NCBI GenBank assembly: GCA_964526265.1
Contig: CAZGIL010000001.1
Location: 8,248-72,247, forward strand
Origin: Candidatus Woesearchaeota archaeon
Lineage (GTDB): Archaea > Nanobdellota > Nanobdellia > Pacearchaeales > GW2011-AR1
Direction of reading: 5' to 3'
Length of the DNA: 64,000 nt
A model generated the notes under the pieces. The model was given only the letters and a program-made list of their open reading frames with translations, was not told where the DNA came from and ran no database searches. Each line of letters begins with the position of its first letter. The first letter of the stretch is position 1. Of this stretch, positions 19,691 through 29,829 are shown one piece after another. The translations under genes and the position numbers were made by a program.

Positions 19691-20754
19691 CTTGAAAAAG
19701 TCCAGAGTTTGTTTCCAAAAAAGTTAATTATCAGCGATATTCCAATTGCAAAAACCTGGGATATAAGGTAGTAAATGCCCCAAATCTCTGTAAAGAGATA
19801 TAAAAACAATAAATTTACTCCCAAAGCAGCTATGCTCACTAAACTAAACTGTAGATATTTTCTCCCAAGATTTATTTTCATCCTCTCTCCAAACGTCCAA
19901 AGTTTATTTAAAATAAAATTAATAGTCATAGCAACACCAAAAGCAAAAATTGCAGAAACAAGATAATAAACTCCAAATTTTTCGGTTAACAGAAATAAAA
20001 TTATTATATTAATAATGGTGCCAATTCCACCAACAATCGCGAATTTAACAAATTGCTTAATTGTTTCTCTTGTATATCTTAAATATCCAAGAAGATTCCC
20101 GAGATAATAAAAAATTTCTCCCATTCCCGCCTTGCTCTTTCCCTCAATACGATTAATAAAAGTTATTGGAATTTCTTTTATTTTATGATAATTTCCTTTT
20201 ACAATAACCTCTAAAAGAATCTTAAATCCTTTTGGATTAAGGACCACTCCAATTACACATTCTTTCCTTATCATAAAAAAACCGGACATCGGATCTTTAA
20301 CCTTGGTATAAACCTTGGAAAGAAGTGTAGCTGTTTTAGACATTATCTTTCTCTTAAAACCCCAACCTTCTATTTTTCCTCCCCTAACATACCTACTTCC
20401 AATAGAAAAGTCTGCTTCCCCGTTAGCAATCGAAAAGAATAGTTCTCCTATCTTATCGGTAGGGTGGCTTAAATCTGCATCCATAACTCCTAAAATATCC
20501 CCGGTTGCAATCTCCCACCCACTCAAAACCGCTGAAGAAAGTCCAAGTTTTCCTTTTCGATGAATAACTTTAATATTTTTCTGTTCTTTTTGTAAATCAT
20601 CTGCAATATCTCCGGTACCATCCGGAGAATTATCATCAACCAGAATTATTTCCCCCTCTATTTTATTTGCCTTAAACTCTTTTTGGATAGCACCAACAAC
20701 TCTCCTAAGATTCTCCTTCTCATTATATGTTGGCAGAACCAAACTCAGTTTCAT
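19687..20754 (-). CDS. Polyprenol-phosphate glycosyltransferase (DPM1-like) fused to GtrA domain
   Basis: PTYNE, DDNSPDGT, MDADLSH, GSRY, DPMSGF; C-terminal four-TM GtrA (KFAIVG, N..WTF twice). Confidence 0.9.
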   Translation of the reverse strand: MKLSLVLPTYNEKENLRRVVGAIQKEFKANKIEGEIILVDDNSPDGTGDIADDLQKEQKNIKVIHRKGKLGLSSAVLSGWEIATGDILGVMDADLSHPTDKIGELFFSIANGEADFSIGSRYVRGGKIEGWGFKRKIMSKTATLLSKVYTKVKDPMSGFFMIRKECVIGVVLNPKGFKILLEVIVKGNYHKIKEIPITFINRIEGKSKAGMGEIFYYLGNLLGYLRYTRETIKQFVKFAIVGGIGTIINIIILFLLTEKFGVYYLVSAIFAFGVAMTINFILNKLWTFGERMKINLGRKYLQFSLVSIAALGVNLLFLYLFTEIWGIYYLISQVFAIGISLIINFFGNKLWTFSR

Positions 20755-20838
20755 TGTAAGGGGAAATATCCAGCATTTAAAATATTATCTTATCATTACA
20801 ACGCTTAAATTTAAATATGCCAAGTTTTTTGTACAAAT

Positions 20839-21180
20839 ATGCTAGGACTAGGTGGGTTAAATCCCAAAAAAATGCAAGCCCTTATGAAACAAATGGGCAT
20901 GTCTCAGAAAGAGATAGACGCCTCACGAGTTATTATAGAAAAAAAAGACGATTCAAACATAATAATAGAAAATCCTTCTGTAATGAAGGTAACAATGCAA
21001 GGACAAGAGAGTTTTCAGATTTCGGGAGATATTACTGAATCTTGTACAGAACTAAAAATCTCGGAAGAAGACGTAAAGCAGGTAATGGAGAAAACCGGCT
21101 GCACCGAAACCCAAGCAAAAGAAGTTTTAGAGTCTGTAAATGGTGATTTGGCTGAAGCGATTTTGGAATTATCCGCTTAA
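20839..21180 (+). CDS. nac: Nascent polypeptide-associated complex protein
   Basis: NPKKM..LMKQMG, FQISG, C-terminal UBA GDLAEAI. Confidence 0.93.
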   Translation: MLGLGGLNPKKMQALMKQMGMSQKEIDASRVIIEKKDDSNIIIENPSVMKVTMQGQESFQISGDITESCTELKISEEDVKQVMEKTGCTETQAKEVLESVNGDLAEAILELSA

Positions 21181-21220
21181 AACACCAAATACTTATTAAT
21201 TCCAACATCCTCTAATTCTG

Positions 21221-21700
21221 ATGGAAAAACTACTCTTTAACCTAATTGAAGCAGAAAGAACAATAATGGCAACAGACCACCTTATTTATGTTACCTTCCC
21301 CCTAATAAAAAATAAGAGACTTCTTCTAAAAGCAATGGTAGATCTAAAAAATGCAATAGCCAAGTGCATAAATTCTATCTTACAGTATGAATATATCTTT
21401 AGGAGAATACGCCTTTCCAAAGACCCAAAGACAAATTTAGAAACTTTCCTCAAAAAATCCGCTCCAAACAACGGAATAGGCGTTTCAGAAACACGTCAAA
21501 TTATCGAATTATTTGGGCTTGTAAAAAAACACGAAGAAAGCCCGATGGAATTCGTGAGAAAAGAGAAAATTGTGATTCTCTCAGCAAATTTACACAAGGA
21601 CATAATAACTTTAGAAGACATCAAAAGATTCCTAATTCTTTCAAAAACTATCCTAAAAAAGACACAAGAAATAATCGACCCAAAATTGAGAAAGATATAA
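21221..21700 (+). CDS. Conserved hypothetical protein (paralog of next gene)
   Basis: TDHLIYVTF matches ADHLLYVSL of the downstream ORF; EFVRK vs EFRK. Confidence 0.7.
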   Translation: MEKLLFNLIEAERTIMATDHLIYVTFPLIKNKRLLLKAMVDLKNAIAKCINSILQYEYIFRRIRLSKDPKTNLETFLKKSAPNNGIGVSETRQIIELFGLVKKHEESPMEFVRKEKIVILSANLHKDIITLEDIKRFLILSKTILKKTQEIIDPKLRKI

Positions 21701-21754
21701 AAAGACCCTTTCTTTAACAATGTCTGACGTCAATTTTCAAATTTTGAGGTAATA

Positions 21755-22195
21755 ATGGAAGAAATAATTCAAGAAAAAATAAGCGCAGACCACCTTTTGT
21801 ATGTGAGTTTGAAGTACACAAAAACCTGTGATGTAATTCTAAATCTAATAAGAAGATGGACAAAAATGATAGAAACAAGCATAGAAGAGATTCTCAAACG
21901 CGCTAAAAAGAAAAAAAAGATATCATCCATCCCCTCTAGCCCGCTTGGAAAACTTGAAACCATTAAGAAACTCTTCAAAAAAGATGGAAACTTCACGCAA
22001 GTAATAGAAATTTACGAGATGTTTAGGAAAATAGATGAACTCCGAACAGAGAGAATAGGCGAATTCAGAAAAAATGTCAATCTTAAGGTACTTTACAAGG
22101 GAGAAGAGATAAATATCAACCTCGAACAGCTTAAAATCTATTCCGAGATGCTCGAAAAGTTTATAAGCACTACAAAACAATTTCTTCTATCATAA
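21755..22195 (+). CDS. Conserved hypothetical protein (paralog of previous gene)
   Basis: ADHLLYVSLKYTKT.DVI; GAGGT SD. Confidence 0.75.
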   Translation: MEEIIQEKISADHLLYVSLKYTKTCDVILNLIRRWTKMIETSIEEILKRAKKKKKISSIPSSPLGKLETIKKLFKKDGNFTQVIEIYEMFRKIDELRTERIGEFRKNVNLKVLYKGEEININLEQLKIYSEMLEKFISTTKQFLLS

Positions 22196-22242
22196 GGAGT
22201 ACAACCTTCTTATTTGATGCCATTTAGGCGTCCATTAAAAAA

Positions 22243-23016
22243 ATGTCAAGAGTAATCGTTATAACATCGGGAAAAGGGGGGGTAGGAAAAACAACTTCTG
22301 CAATAAACCTCGGAGCGGCTATAAACTTCTTCGGAGGAAACGTGCTTGTTGTAGACGGAAACCTCTCAACTCCAAATATAGGAATACATTTAGGCTCTCC
22401 AGAGGTGCCAATAAATCTAAATCACGTAATAAGAAAGAAAGCGGATGTATTTGAAGCGGTTTACGAACACGAATCAGGAATTAAAATAATGCCTGCATCT
22501 CTTTCAATAAAAGAATCTGATAAAATAAACCCAGAAAAAATAGGTGAAATAAAAAAAGAGCTAGCAAAGGTTTCAGATTTTGTCCTAATTGATAGTGCGG
22601 CAGGATTGGGAAGAGAAGCAATATCTGTAATAAAGATGGCAGACGAGCTCATTGTAGTTACAAATCCAGAAATGCCCGCGATTACTGATGCTTTAAAGGC
22701 AATAAAAATAGCAGAAAGAGAAAACAAAGAAGTCCTTGGAATTATTATGACTCGTGTTAAAAAAAATAATATAGAACTTTCTCCAGAAACCGTAAAAGAA
22801 ATGCTCGAAATACCAATCCTGGGAATGGTTCCAGAAGACGAAAACATTTCAAGAGCATTGAGTATGAAAGATGCAGTAATTCATACTCATCCAAAAAGCA
22901 AATCTGCAAGAGCTTACAAAGAAATTGCGGCAAAGATTATGGGAGTGAGTTACGATTCAGACAAAGACAAAGAATCTATTTGGGCAAGAATCGCAAATAT
23001 GTTTAAGAAAAATTAG
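22243..23016 (+). CDS. minD: MinD/ParA family ATPase
   Basis: SGKGGVGKTT, DSAAGLG, VTNPE..AITDA; C-terminal amphipathic IWARIANMF. Confidence 0.92.
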   Translation: MSRVIVITSGKGGVGKTTSAINLGAAINFFGGNVLVVDGNLSTPNIGIHLGSPEVPINLNHVIRKKADVFEAVYEHESGIKIMPASLSIKESDKINPEKIGEIKKELAKVSDFVLIDSAAGLGREAISVIKMADELIVVTNPEMPAITDALKAIKIAERENKEVLGIIMTRVKKNNIELSPETVKEMLEIPILGMVPEDENISRALSMKDAVIHTHPKSKSARAYKEIAAKIMGVSYDSDKDKESIWARIANMFKKN

Positions 23017-24050
23017 AGATAATATTTCTTATATTCATGGCAACACGGATTTCCATGACAAACCATCATCCATTTTTCTTTTGGATTAATAATGTATGAG
23101 GCGATTGTAGGGGGATAATACTTACTGTGCGGATTCATCTCATGGTCACATATTCCTCCGGTATGATTTGTCATAACTTTCTTGACAGAATTAATTGTAA
23201 GTTCTTCTTCATTTTCTAAAATCTTAACAGCTTGCTTATATCTTCTAACAGAATCGTGAGGCACGTTGTACTTTCTGTCATACTTTTTTAATAGGGGATG
23301 ATTAGTATGAACCAAAAACCTCTTTCCATAGAAGATTTCCTCGTTATTCCAAAGTTCTTCAACGTCCATAAACTTTTTATTAGACCATGCAAGAAGAGTG
23401 TTTGCTGCAGTAGTTCCATCCGTTCCCAGAATTCTTACTGCATCCTTCAAGTTCTTTGCATCCAGTAAAGCTCTTAATTGAAAACTTCTTGGAATTCCCG
23501 GAGACATTTTTGTATATAAAAGCGAATTATCTGTGTAAGCTAAACCATGTGAATTTAAACTTACAGAACTTCCCACCATACTTCCAATAAATGAAGAAGC
23601 AATAAACTTATTTTTACCTATCCTTCCCTTTATTACAACAAGACCATTCTTTTTACACTCTGGAAACCAATCTTCATTGTGACCAATAAGAATTTTTCCA
23701 TCATCAGTCCTTACCGCAATACTTGTACAATGCAGAATCTTAAAATCAACAACCTCATTCTCACACATTAAAATAAAAAGTTCTTCGAAAGGAACCTCTG
23801 CACCATTTGCCATTGCTTGTGCTTCAATTAAAAGATGTGGGAAATGCTTCTTTATCGCAGGTATAAACTTTTCTGATTTTTTTGTCAACATAGAAAACTC
23901 TTCCCTATTACGAGAATTTTCCCAATATACAATTTTATTCTTCTTTAATCTGTACCGAATTTCCTTCTTAAGCGCCTTCCCAAGTTTATATCCAAACTCA
24001 TAATTATTCTTTGCACTTATTTCCAAAAACGGAATTCCTCCTCTTTTCAT
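23013..24050 (-). CDS. Peptidase C45 (Ntn hydrolase, acyl-CoA:6-APA acyltransferase family)
   Basis: HCTS (Cys nucleophile), GHNEDW, HTNH, S..R motifs. Confidence 0.85.
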   Translation of the reverse strand: MKRGGIPFLEISAKNNYEFGYKLGKALKKEIRYRLKKNKIVYWENSRNREEFSMLTKKSEKFIPAIKKHFPHLLIEAQAMANGAEVPFEELFILMCENEVVDFKILHCTSIAVRTDDGKILIGHNEDWFPECKKNGLVVIKGRIGKNKFIASSFIGSMVGSSVSLNSHGLAYTDNSLLYTKMSPGIPRSFQLRALLDAKNLKDAVRILGTDGTTAANTLLAWSNKKFMDVEELWNNEEIFYGKRFLVHTNHPLLKKYDRKYNVPHDSVRRYKQAVKILENEEELTINSVKKVMTNHTGGICDHEMNPHSKYYPPTIASYIINPKEKWMMVCHGNPCCHEYKKYYL

Positions 24051-24091
24051 AATTAAATTATATTTCCTAGATTTATAAAGATATTTCAAAA

Positions 24092-24430
24092 TCAGCCAAC
24101 CCCGCTTCCATTCTCAATCTCTTTATCAACGCTCAGCAAAACAACCTTTTCATGTTCATCGTCCGAAGCAGCCAAGAGCATCCCCTGACTCTCCACGCCA
24201 CGCATTTTCCGTGGCGTCAGGTTTGCAACAATAATAATTTTCTTTCCAATCAGTTCTTCAGAAGAATAATGTTGCTTAATCCCCGCACAAATCGTTCTCT
24301 CTCCAAGTTCACCAACATTTAAACTCAACTTCCAGAGTTTATCGGCTCCTTCAATCTCTTCAACATTTATTATCTTTGCGACTCTTAAATCAAGTTTTTC
24401 AAAATCTCCAAACTCAATAATACCTTCCAT
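24092..24430 (-). CDS. Stand-alone MetRS C-terminal/Trbp111 tRNA-binding domain
   Basis: F.KLDLRV, ADKL, NL.PRKMRGVESQGMLLAA. Confidence 0.92.
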   Translation of the reverse strand: MEGIIEFGDFEKLDLRVAKIINVEEIEGADKLWKLSLNVGELGERTICAGIKQHYSSEELIGKKIIIVANLTPRKMRGVESQGMLLAASDDEHEKVVLLSVDKEIENGSGVG

Positions 24431-24461
24431 AATTAAACTCAGAAAAATAACTTATTTAAAT

Positions 24462-24935
24462 TTATCCTACTGCATTTGCAGGAGCCTTTCTTTGCTGATA
24501 CTCTAAAACTAATTCTTTAACAAAACTTCCATGGCACTCAATACAAGTATACAAATCCATCGAAACATCTCCCAGACTTTCAACTCCCGTATGAAGAAAT
24601 AGAGAATTATACTTATCACAAGTAGGGCAGTAACCTGCTAAAACCTTACCGCTTCTTTTGTGATAATCTACTATTACACGAGATGCTTCCTTCAGCTTTG
24701 CTCTTGCAATTTCTTCAGGAGAAATATCTGCACAAGAAACACCCCTCATCCTTTCCCTTAAAACAGGTTCTTCCTCAGGATGAGCCTCAACAAACCTCTT
24801 TAATGTTCTCCCAACATTCTCATATTCCTCATTTGTTCTGCAATCTCCACGAGACAATGAAAACTCTCTAGAACCATTCCCTACACCCCCTTTTGCATCA
24901 ACCGTCCCAACAGTTGTATTAACACTGACGCCCAT
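24462..24935 (-). CDS. Hypothetical protein with C-terminal Zn ribbon
   Basis: CPTC...YTCIECHGS. Confidence 0.6.
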   Translation of the reverse strand: MGVSVNTTVGTVDAKGGVGNGSREFSLSRGDCRTNEEYENVGRTLKRFVEAHPEEEPVLRERMRGVSCADISPEEIARAKLKEASRVIVDYHKRSGKVLAGYCPTCDKYNSLFLHTGVESLGDVSMDLYTCIECHGSFVKELVLEYQQRKAPANAVG

Positions 24936-24969
24936 AGATAAAGGGGGTAAGAAGAAGTCGTATTTAAAC

Positions 24970-26337
24970 CTATATTTTTTCGAACAATATTCCGACTTTC
25001 TTAATTTTATCTGTTTTAAACTGTTTTTTTATCTTTTCTGCAGTTTCTGGAATAAATGGCGAAAGTAATTCTGAAAGTTTTCTTATACTTTCTACCAATT
25101 CAAACAAAACTTTTCTATCCTTGGTTTCCCACGGTTTCTTACTTTGGACGTATTCATTACAATTATCAATAAAAGCAAATATTAAATCAAGCGCCTTATC
25201 CAGCTCAAAATTTTCTATCTTTTTTTCAATTTCTTTTTCTTTTAATTTCTTAATTAATTTATTTGGACACTTCTCAATACCATATTTCTCCACAAGAGCG
25301 GCAACCCTTGAAACCAGATTTCCTAATTTATTTGCAAGTTCATCGTTATGCCTTTGAATTAATATTTCTTCAGAATAATCCGAATCATCAAAAACAGAAC
25401 ATCTTAAGAGAGAGTATCTAACGCTATCCGCAGAATACTTTTTCAATAACTCAAGGGGATCAACCGAGTTCCCTAAACTCTTAGACATCTTCTTTCCTTT
25501 AGAAATTAGATAACCATGAACAAGTAACTTTCCGGGAAGTTTATATCCCGCGGACATTAAGAGTGCCGGCCATATAACCGAATGAAACCAATTAATCCCC
25601 TTTCCAATAACATGCACATCTGCAGGCCATCTTTCCTTTGCCCCAGAAATATAATTAATTAAAGCATCAATCCAAACATAAACCTTAAATTCCTTATCAC
25701 CCGGAAAATCAATTCCTAAATCAACCCCTTTTCTGCTTACACATAAATCATTAAGTCCTTCTTTTAACCGGTTGAGAATTTCATTTTTCTTCTCCTTAGG
25801 AAGGATATAATTTTCAGCAAATTTAATCAATTTATCCTTATATTTACTCAATCTGAAAAAATAAGCTTCTTCTTTTCGATACTCTGGTTTTTTATCGTGC
25901 TCCGGACATTTTCCATCAACTAAATCTTTCTCGGTCAAAAAACTCTCGCAACCAACACAATAATTTCCTTCATAGTTTCCCTTATAAATATCTCCTGCAG
26001 CAATAACCTTCTTCAGCACCTCTTGAACAACGTTTCCGTGCTCTTTTGCAGTTGTTCGGATAAACTTATCATGACTAATATTTAATTTCTCAACTAATTC
26101 TAAAAAGAAGCCAGTATTTTCATCTATAAATTTCTTAACACTCACTCCTGCAGCTTCCGCAGCCTGAACATTTTTCTGTGCATTTTCATCAACCCCCGTA
26201 AGGAAAAAGACATCCTCTCCCTTCAAACGATGATATCTCGCTATAGCATCCGCTAAACATTTCTCAAACGCATGCCCTACATGAGGTTTTGCATTAACAT
26301 AGTCTATTGCAGTAGTAATGTAAAATTTCTTTGCCAT
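24970..26337 (-). CDS. metG: Methionine--tRNA ligase (short, single-knuckle)
   Basis: YITTAIDYVN..PHVGH, YVWIDAL.NY, KMSKS. Confidence 0.95.
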   Translation of the reverse strand: MAKKFYITTAIDYVNAKPHVGHAFEKCLADAIARYHRLKGEDVFFLTGVDENAQKNVQAAEAAGVSVKKFIDENTGFFLELVEKLNISHDKFIRTTAKEHGNVVQEVLKKVIAAGDIYKGNYEGNYCVGCESFLTEKDLVDGKCPEHDKKPEYRKEEAYFFRLSKYKDKLIKFAENYILPKEKKNEILNRLKEGLNDLCVSRKGVDLGIDFPGDKEFKVYVWIDALINYISGAKERWPADVHVIGKGINWFHSVIWPALLMSAGYKLPGKLLVHGYLISKGKKMSKSLGNSVDPLELLKKYSADSVRYSLLRCSVFDDSDYSEEILIQRHNDELANKLGNLVSRVAALVEKYGIEKCPNKLIKKLKEKEIEKKIENFELDKALDLIFAFIDNCNEYVQSKKPWETKDRKVLFELVESIRKLSELLSPFIPETAEKIKKQFKTDKIKKVGILFEKI

Positions 26338-26405
26338 ATTTTCCTCAGATAAAGCTAATATAAAAACTTAACTTTTATTAAGCTAATTTACTCTTAATTT
26401 AAAAG

Positions 26406-27806
26406 ATGGTACAAAAAATAAAAAATAAGAGTGAAAATGGAGATTCTCCGCAAGTAAAAAAGCTTAAAAGTCAGGCTAGAGAAAAAAGCATCCAGGAAGG
26501 CATTTATGCTTCGGGAAGTTACGCTTTTGGAAGTTCTTATGTTTCTCCATTTGCAATTGCGCTTAAATCAAGTGATTCTCTTGTTGCACTTCTTAGTTCG
26601 GTTGCAGGTTTATTGGGCCCACTAAGTCAGATGATAGGCTCCAAATTTATGAGAAAGTATTCTAGAAAAAAAATAGTACTTGGAGCTGTACTTCTTGAAG
26701 CATTGGCCTGGCTTCCTTTTGCACTAATCGCTTTTCTATTTTATAAAAATATTTTAGTTGGAATCCTTCCAACCTTTGTACTCCTTATCTTTGCATTTTA
26801 TACCATATCCGGAAACTTTGCCGGCCCCGCCTGGTTCTCGTGGATGGGAGATATAACCGAAGAAAAAAAGAGGGGGCAATACTTTTCCTTAAGAAATCTT
26901 TTAACCGGATTTGTCTCTATGGCACTTGCAATAATCGCCTCCTTTTTCCTAGACTATTCTAAGAAAAACAATTGGATAATGTTTGGATTTATGTTCCTTT
27001 TCTTGCTAGCATTCCTAATGAGAATAAAATCATGGAATCTCTTTAAAACACAATATGAGCCAGAAATTAAAATTGATAAGAAAGATAATTTTACGTTTTG
27101 GGAGTTCTTAACTAAAGCTCCAAAAACAAATTTTGGAAGATATGCAATTTATCGCTCCTTGCTTGCTTTTGGGTACTCAATATCTGCACCACTTCTTGCA
27201 GTTTATTTATTAAGAAATCTCGGTTTTGGGTATGTTGTTTACATGATAATTGCTTATTCTGCGACAATTTTCTCACTAATGGTAATGAGAATATGGGGAA
27301 ACTTTGGAGACAAATGGGGAAACTATCGGATTATTGTAATCACCTCAATTTTAATGCCTCTAATTCCCCTTGCATGGATTCTTAACACCTCTCCAATTTA
27401 CCTACTAATCATTCCCTCACTAATCAGCGGAATAGCTTGGGCAGGATTTAACCTCGCATCTGGTAATTTCATTTATGATAATGTTCGCCCAGAAAAAAGA
27501 GGAACCGCAATTTCTTATTACAACATGCTTCAGGGGATTGGAGTTGCTGCGGGAGCGGGAGTTGGAGCAATACTTATTAAAATACTAAACGCCACAACAA
27601 GCTCCCCTATTGCAATCATTTTTATCATCAGCGCCATAGTTCAGATGATTGTAATTTTCTTTGGACTACAAAAGATAGAAGAAGTAAAAAACAAAAACAA
27701 GTTCGATGGAAAGGCAGCATTGAAGAATATAATATTCAAGCAAATCCGTCCAACGATTATGGGTGAAGCTCAAAATATCCTTTCGATACCAAAATACCTA
27801 AAATAA
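26406..27806 (+). CDS. MFS transporter
   Basis: About 12 TMs, WFSWMGD...RG.YF..R, G.FGDKWG motif A. Confidence 0.88.
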   Translation: MVQKIKNKSENGDSPQVKKLKSQAREKSIQEGIYASGSYAFGSSYVSPFAIALKSSDSLVALLSSVAGLLGPLSQMIGSKFMRKYSRKKIVLGAVLLEALAWLPFALIAFLFYKNILVGILPTFVLLIFAFYTISGNFAGPAWFSWMGDITEEKKRGQYFSLRNLLTGFVSMALAIIASFFLDYSKKNNWIMFGFMFLFLLAFLMRIKSWNLFKTQYEPEIKIDKKDNFTFWEFLTKAPKTNFGRYAIYRSLLAFGYSISAPLLAVYLLRNLGFGYVVYMIIAYSATIFSLMVMRIWGNFGDKWGNYRIIVITSILMPLIPLAWILNTSPIYLLIIPSLISGIAWAGFNLASGNFIYDNVRPEKRGTAISYYNMLQGIGVAAGAGVGAILIKILNATTSSPIAIIFIISAIVQMIVIFFGLQKIEEVKNKNKFDGKAALKNIIFKQIRPTIMGEAQNILSIPKYLK

Positions 27807-27848
27807 GTCATCCCAAAAACTTATAAAGAAAATCGTCTTCTCAAAAAC

Positions 27849-28526
27849 ATGTTCGGAAAAAAGAAATGCCAAAAGTGTGGAAAGGGAATAGAAAAGAGTT
27901 ACGAATTCTGCCCTTACTGCGGAAAACCAACTAAAGAAAGCTCTCCAGAAGACTTCGGGATGCTTGGAAAAGGGGATTTGGAAGAAGAGGAAAATTTGTT
28001 CACCAATCCTATGTTTGGGGGAATTGGAGGGAACATGCTTAATAAGATGCTTGGAAATGCAATGAAAATGCTTGAAAAAGAGATGAAAAAAGGCGTGGAA
28101 GAGCAAAACACCCAAAAAACAAATACTAATTTTGAACTTTTTATAAATGGAAAAAGGGTAAACCCCCAAAACATAAAAGTTACGAAAAGACCAATGGTTC
28201 AAAAACCAATTCAGATAAAAGAAAACCAAATTCGAGAAACAAACCAGAGGTTCACAAAACAAAAAACAGAAAAATTTGGAAAGCTTCCAAAAAAATCTCC
28301 CCTAACAAATGTAAGAAGATTTTCAAACAAAGTAGTTTACGAAGTACTTATTCCAGGAGTAGCCTCCATAGAAGATATATCTATAACCAAACTCGAAAAT
28401 AGCATAGAAATACGTGCAATTGCAAAAGATAAAGCTTACGAAAAAATAATTCCAATTGCTCTTCCTATTATAAGTAAAAATCTATCAAAAGGAAAACTGA
28501 CTTTAGAATTAAAGGCACAAGATTAA
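27849..28526 (+). CDS. Zinc-ribbon + Hsp20/alpha-crystallin-like protein
   Basis: CQKCG...FCPYCG; C-terminal IPGV.S.EDI...SIEIRA...Y.K...GKL.LEL. Confidence 0.7.
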   Translation: MFGKKKCQKCGKGIEKSYEFCPYCGKPTKESSPEDFGMLGKGDLEEEENLFTNPMFGGIGGNMLNKMLGNAMKMLEKEMKKGVEEQNTQKTNTNFELFINGKRVNPQNIKVTKRPMVQKPIQIKENQIRETNQRFTKQKTEKFGKLPKKSPLTNVRRFSNKVVYEVLIPGVASIEDISITKLENSIEIRAIAKDKAYEKIIPIALPIISKNLSKGKLTLELKAQD

Positions 28527-29590
28527 TCACTCATTCTCATCTTCTCTAACTCTTCTGCAAGAATTCTCACCTTATCTCCAATTACATGCGTTAAGTTATC
28601 AAACTTCTTAACCATAATTCCTTCGAGGTTTCCCAATTCCTTAATTACTTTGGCAGCTTCGGCTTCAGAAAGACTTGTTTTTGAAAGTATCCTCCAACCC
28701 CTTATCTCTCCGGAGGCATTTGGATTCTCATAACCCAATATCCTACATATAACTTCTTCATCAAGAATTTCATCATAAGAAAGATTATCTAAAATCAACT
28801 TCGAACGTTTAATTTCTAATTTAGCGTAATCCTTAATAACCAAATCCGTCTCCTTATCCACTCCGAGAGTTATCTCTTTTAACCTAATCTTAAGAAGAGT
28901 CCCTTCCTTCCCCACCTCAACTGAGTTTTTCTTCAATTCAGAAAAAAGTTTCTGGATAAGTTTTCCTTTCTGAATTAAATTAATTGCCTGTTTAAGATTA
29001 AAATAATTTTTCAATTCCAACCTGTTCAACTTTTCAACTCCCCTATCAAATAAATCCCTCTGTTTTTCCAAAATCTGAAGATTCTCGTTAGCTTTTCTAA
29101 GAAGTTCTCCCGCATCGATAATTGGATACCTCATATTTTTATAATAAAGAGTAATTTCGTTTTTTCTTTGCGAAATAGCAATTGTTAAAGTTCCAGCTTG
29201 TTTAGCAGTTCTCTCTGCCGCCTTATGTCTGGTTCCAGTCTCGTGGGTTCTTATTCTGCTATCGGGAATTAGAAGAACATTTGAGTGAGTAATTCTTTTC
29301 ATATCCTTACTTAAGATAATCGCTCCGTCCATTTTTGAAAGCTCCATAAGTTTTTGAGGAGTAAACTTACAATTAATTCTAAACCCCCCCTCGAATAAAG
29401 GAAAAGTATTTTCATTCTCTATAACAATCAGAGCACCGTTACCAATCTTCAAAGAACCATCCAACCCCACACGTAAATTTGTACCAGGAGCCACATTTTT
29501 TAAAACGGATAAAAACTCTTCCTCACTAGTTTCCATATTTTTAGAATTAGCCTCAACTATATGTTTCTGTACCTCTTTTTTTTGCTCCAT
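28523..29590 (-). CDS. disA: DisA-type diadenylate cyclase
   Basis: APGT.LR, GALIV, GGF.IN, ELSKMDGA, ETGTRHKAAER, linker AN..LQ.LEK, RG.R.L.K. Confidence 0.9.
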   Translation of the reverse strand: MEQKKEVQKHIVEANSKNMETSEEEFLSVLKNVAPGTNLRVGLDGSLKIGNGALIVIENENTFPLFEGGFRINCKFTPQKLMELSKMDGAIILSKDMKRITHSNVLLIPDSRIRTHETGTRHKAAERTAKQAGTLTIAISQRKNEITLYYKNMRYPIIDAGELLRKANENLQILEKQRDLFDRGVEKLNRLELKNYFNLKQAINLIQKGKLIQKLFSELKKNSVEVGKEGTLLKIRLKEITLGVDKETDLVIKDYAKLEIKRSKLILDNLSYDEILDEEVICRILGYENPNASGEIRGWRILSKTSLSEAEAAKVIKELGNLEGIMVKKFDNLTHVIGDKVRILAEELEKMRMSD

Positions 29591-29668
29591 TTTTTAACCC
29601 GAATATTCTAACATATTGTACTTAAAAAACTTTAGTATAAAACAGGAGATATTTCCTACAACAGAAAG

Positions 29669-29742
29669 TGAGACTGCACGGATTTGAACCGTGGACCCCT
29701 GCCTTATCAGAGCAGTGCTCTACCAAGCTGAGCTACAGCCTC
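29669..29742 (-). tRNA. tRNA-Ile(GAT), intronless
   Basis: GAGGCTG/CAGTCTC-A acceptor; CTGCT-CTGATAA-GGCAG anticodon arm; TTCAAAT T-loop. Confidence 0.95.
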
Positions 29743-29829
29743 ATCTACTCCAAAAACACCCAGAGTAGATTTATAAAAGTTATGAAAACATCCCACAACC
29801 TTTTTAAACCAATTTTATCACTAATCACT

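Noticed and set aside
29668..29829. Apparent N-terminal extension of L15e
   Set aside because: It is the antisense of tRNA-Ile plus promoter DNA; the real start is 29830.
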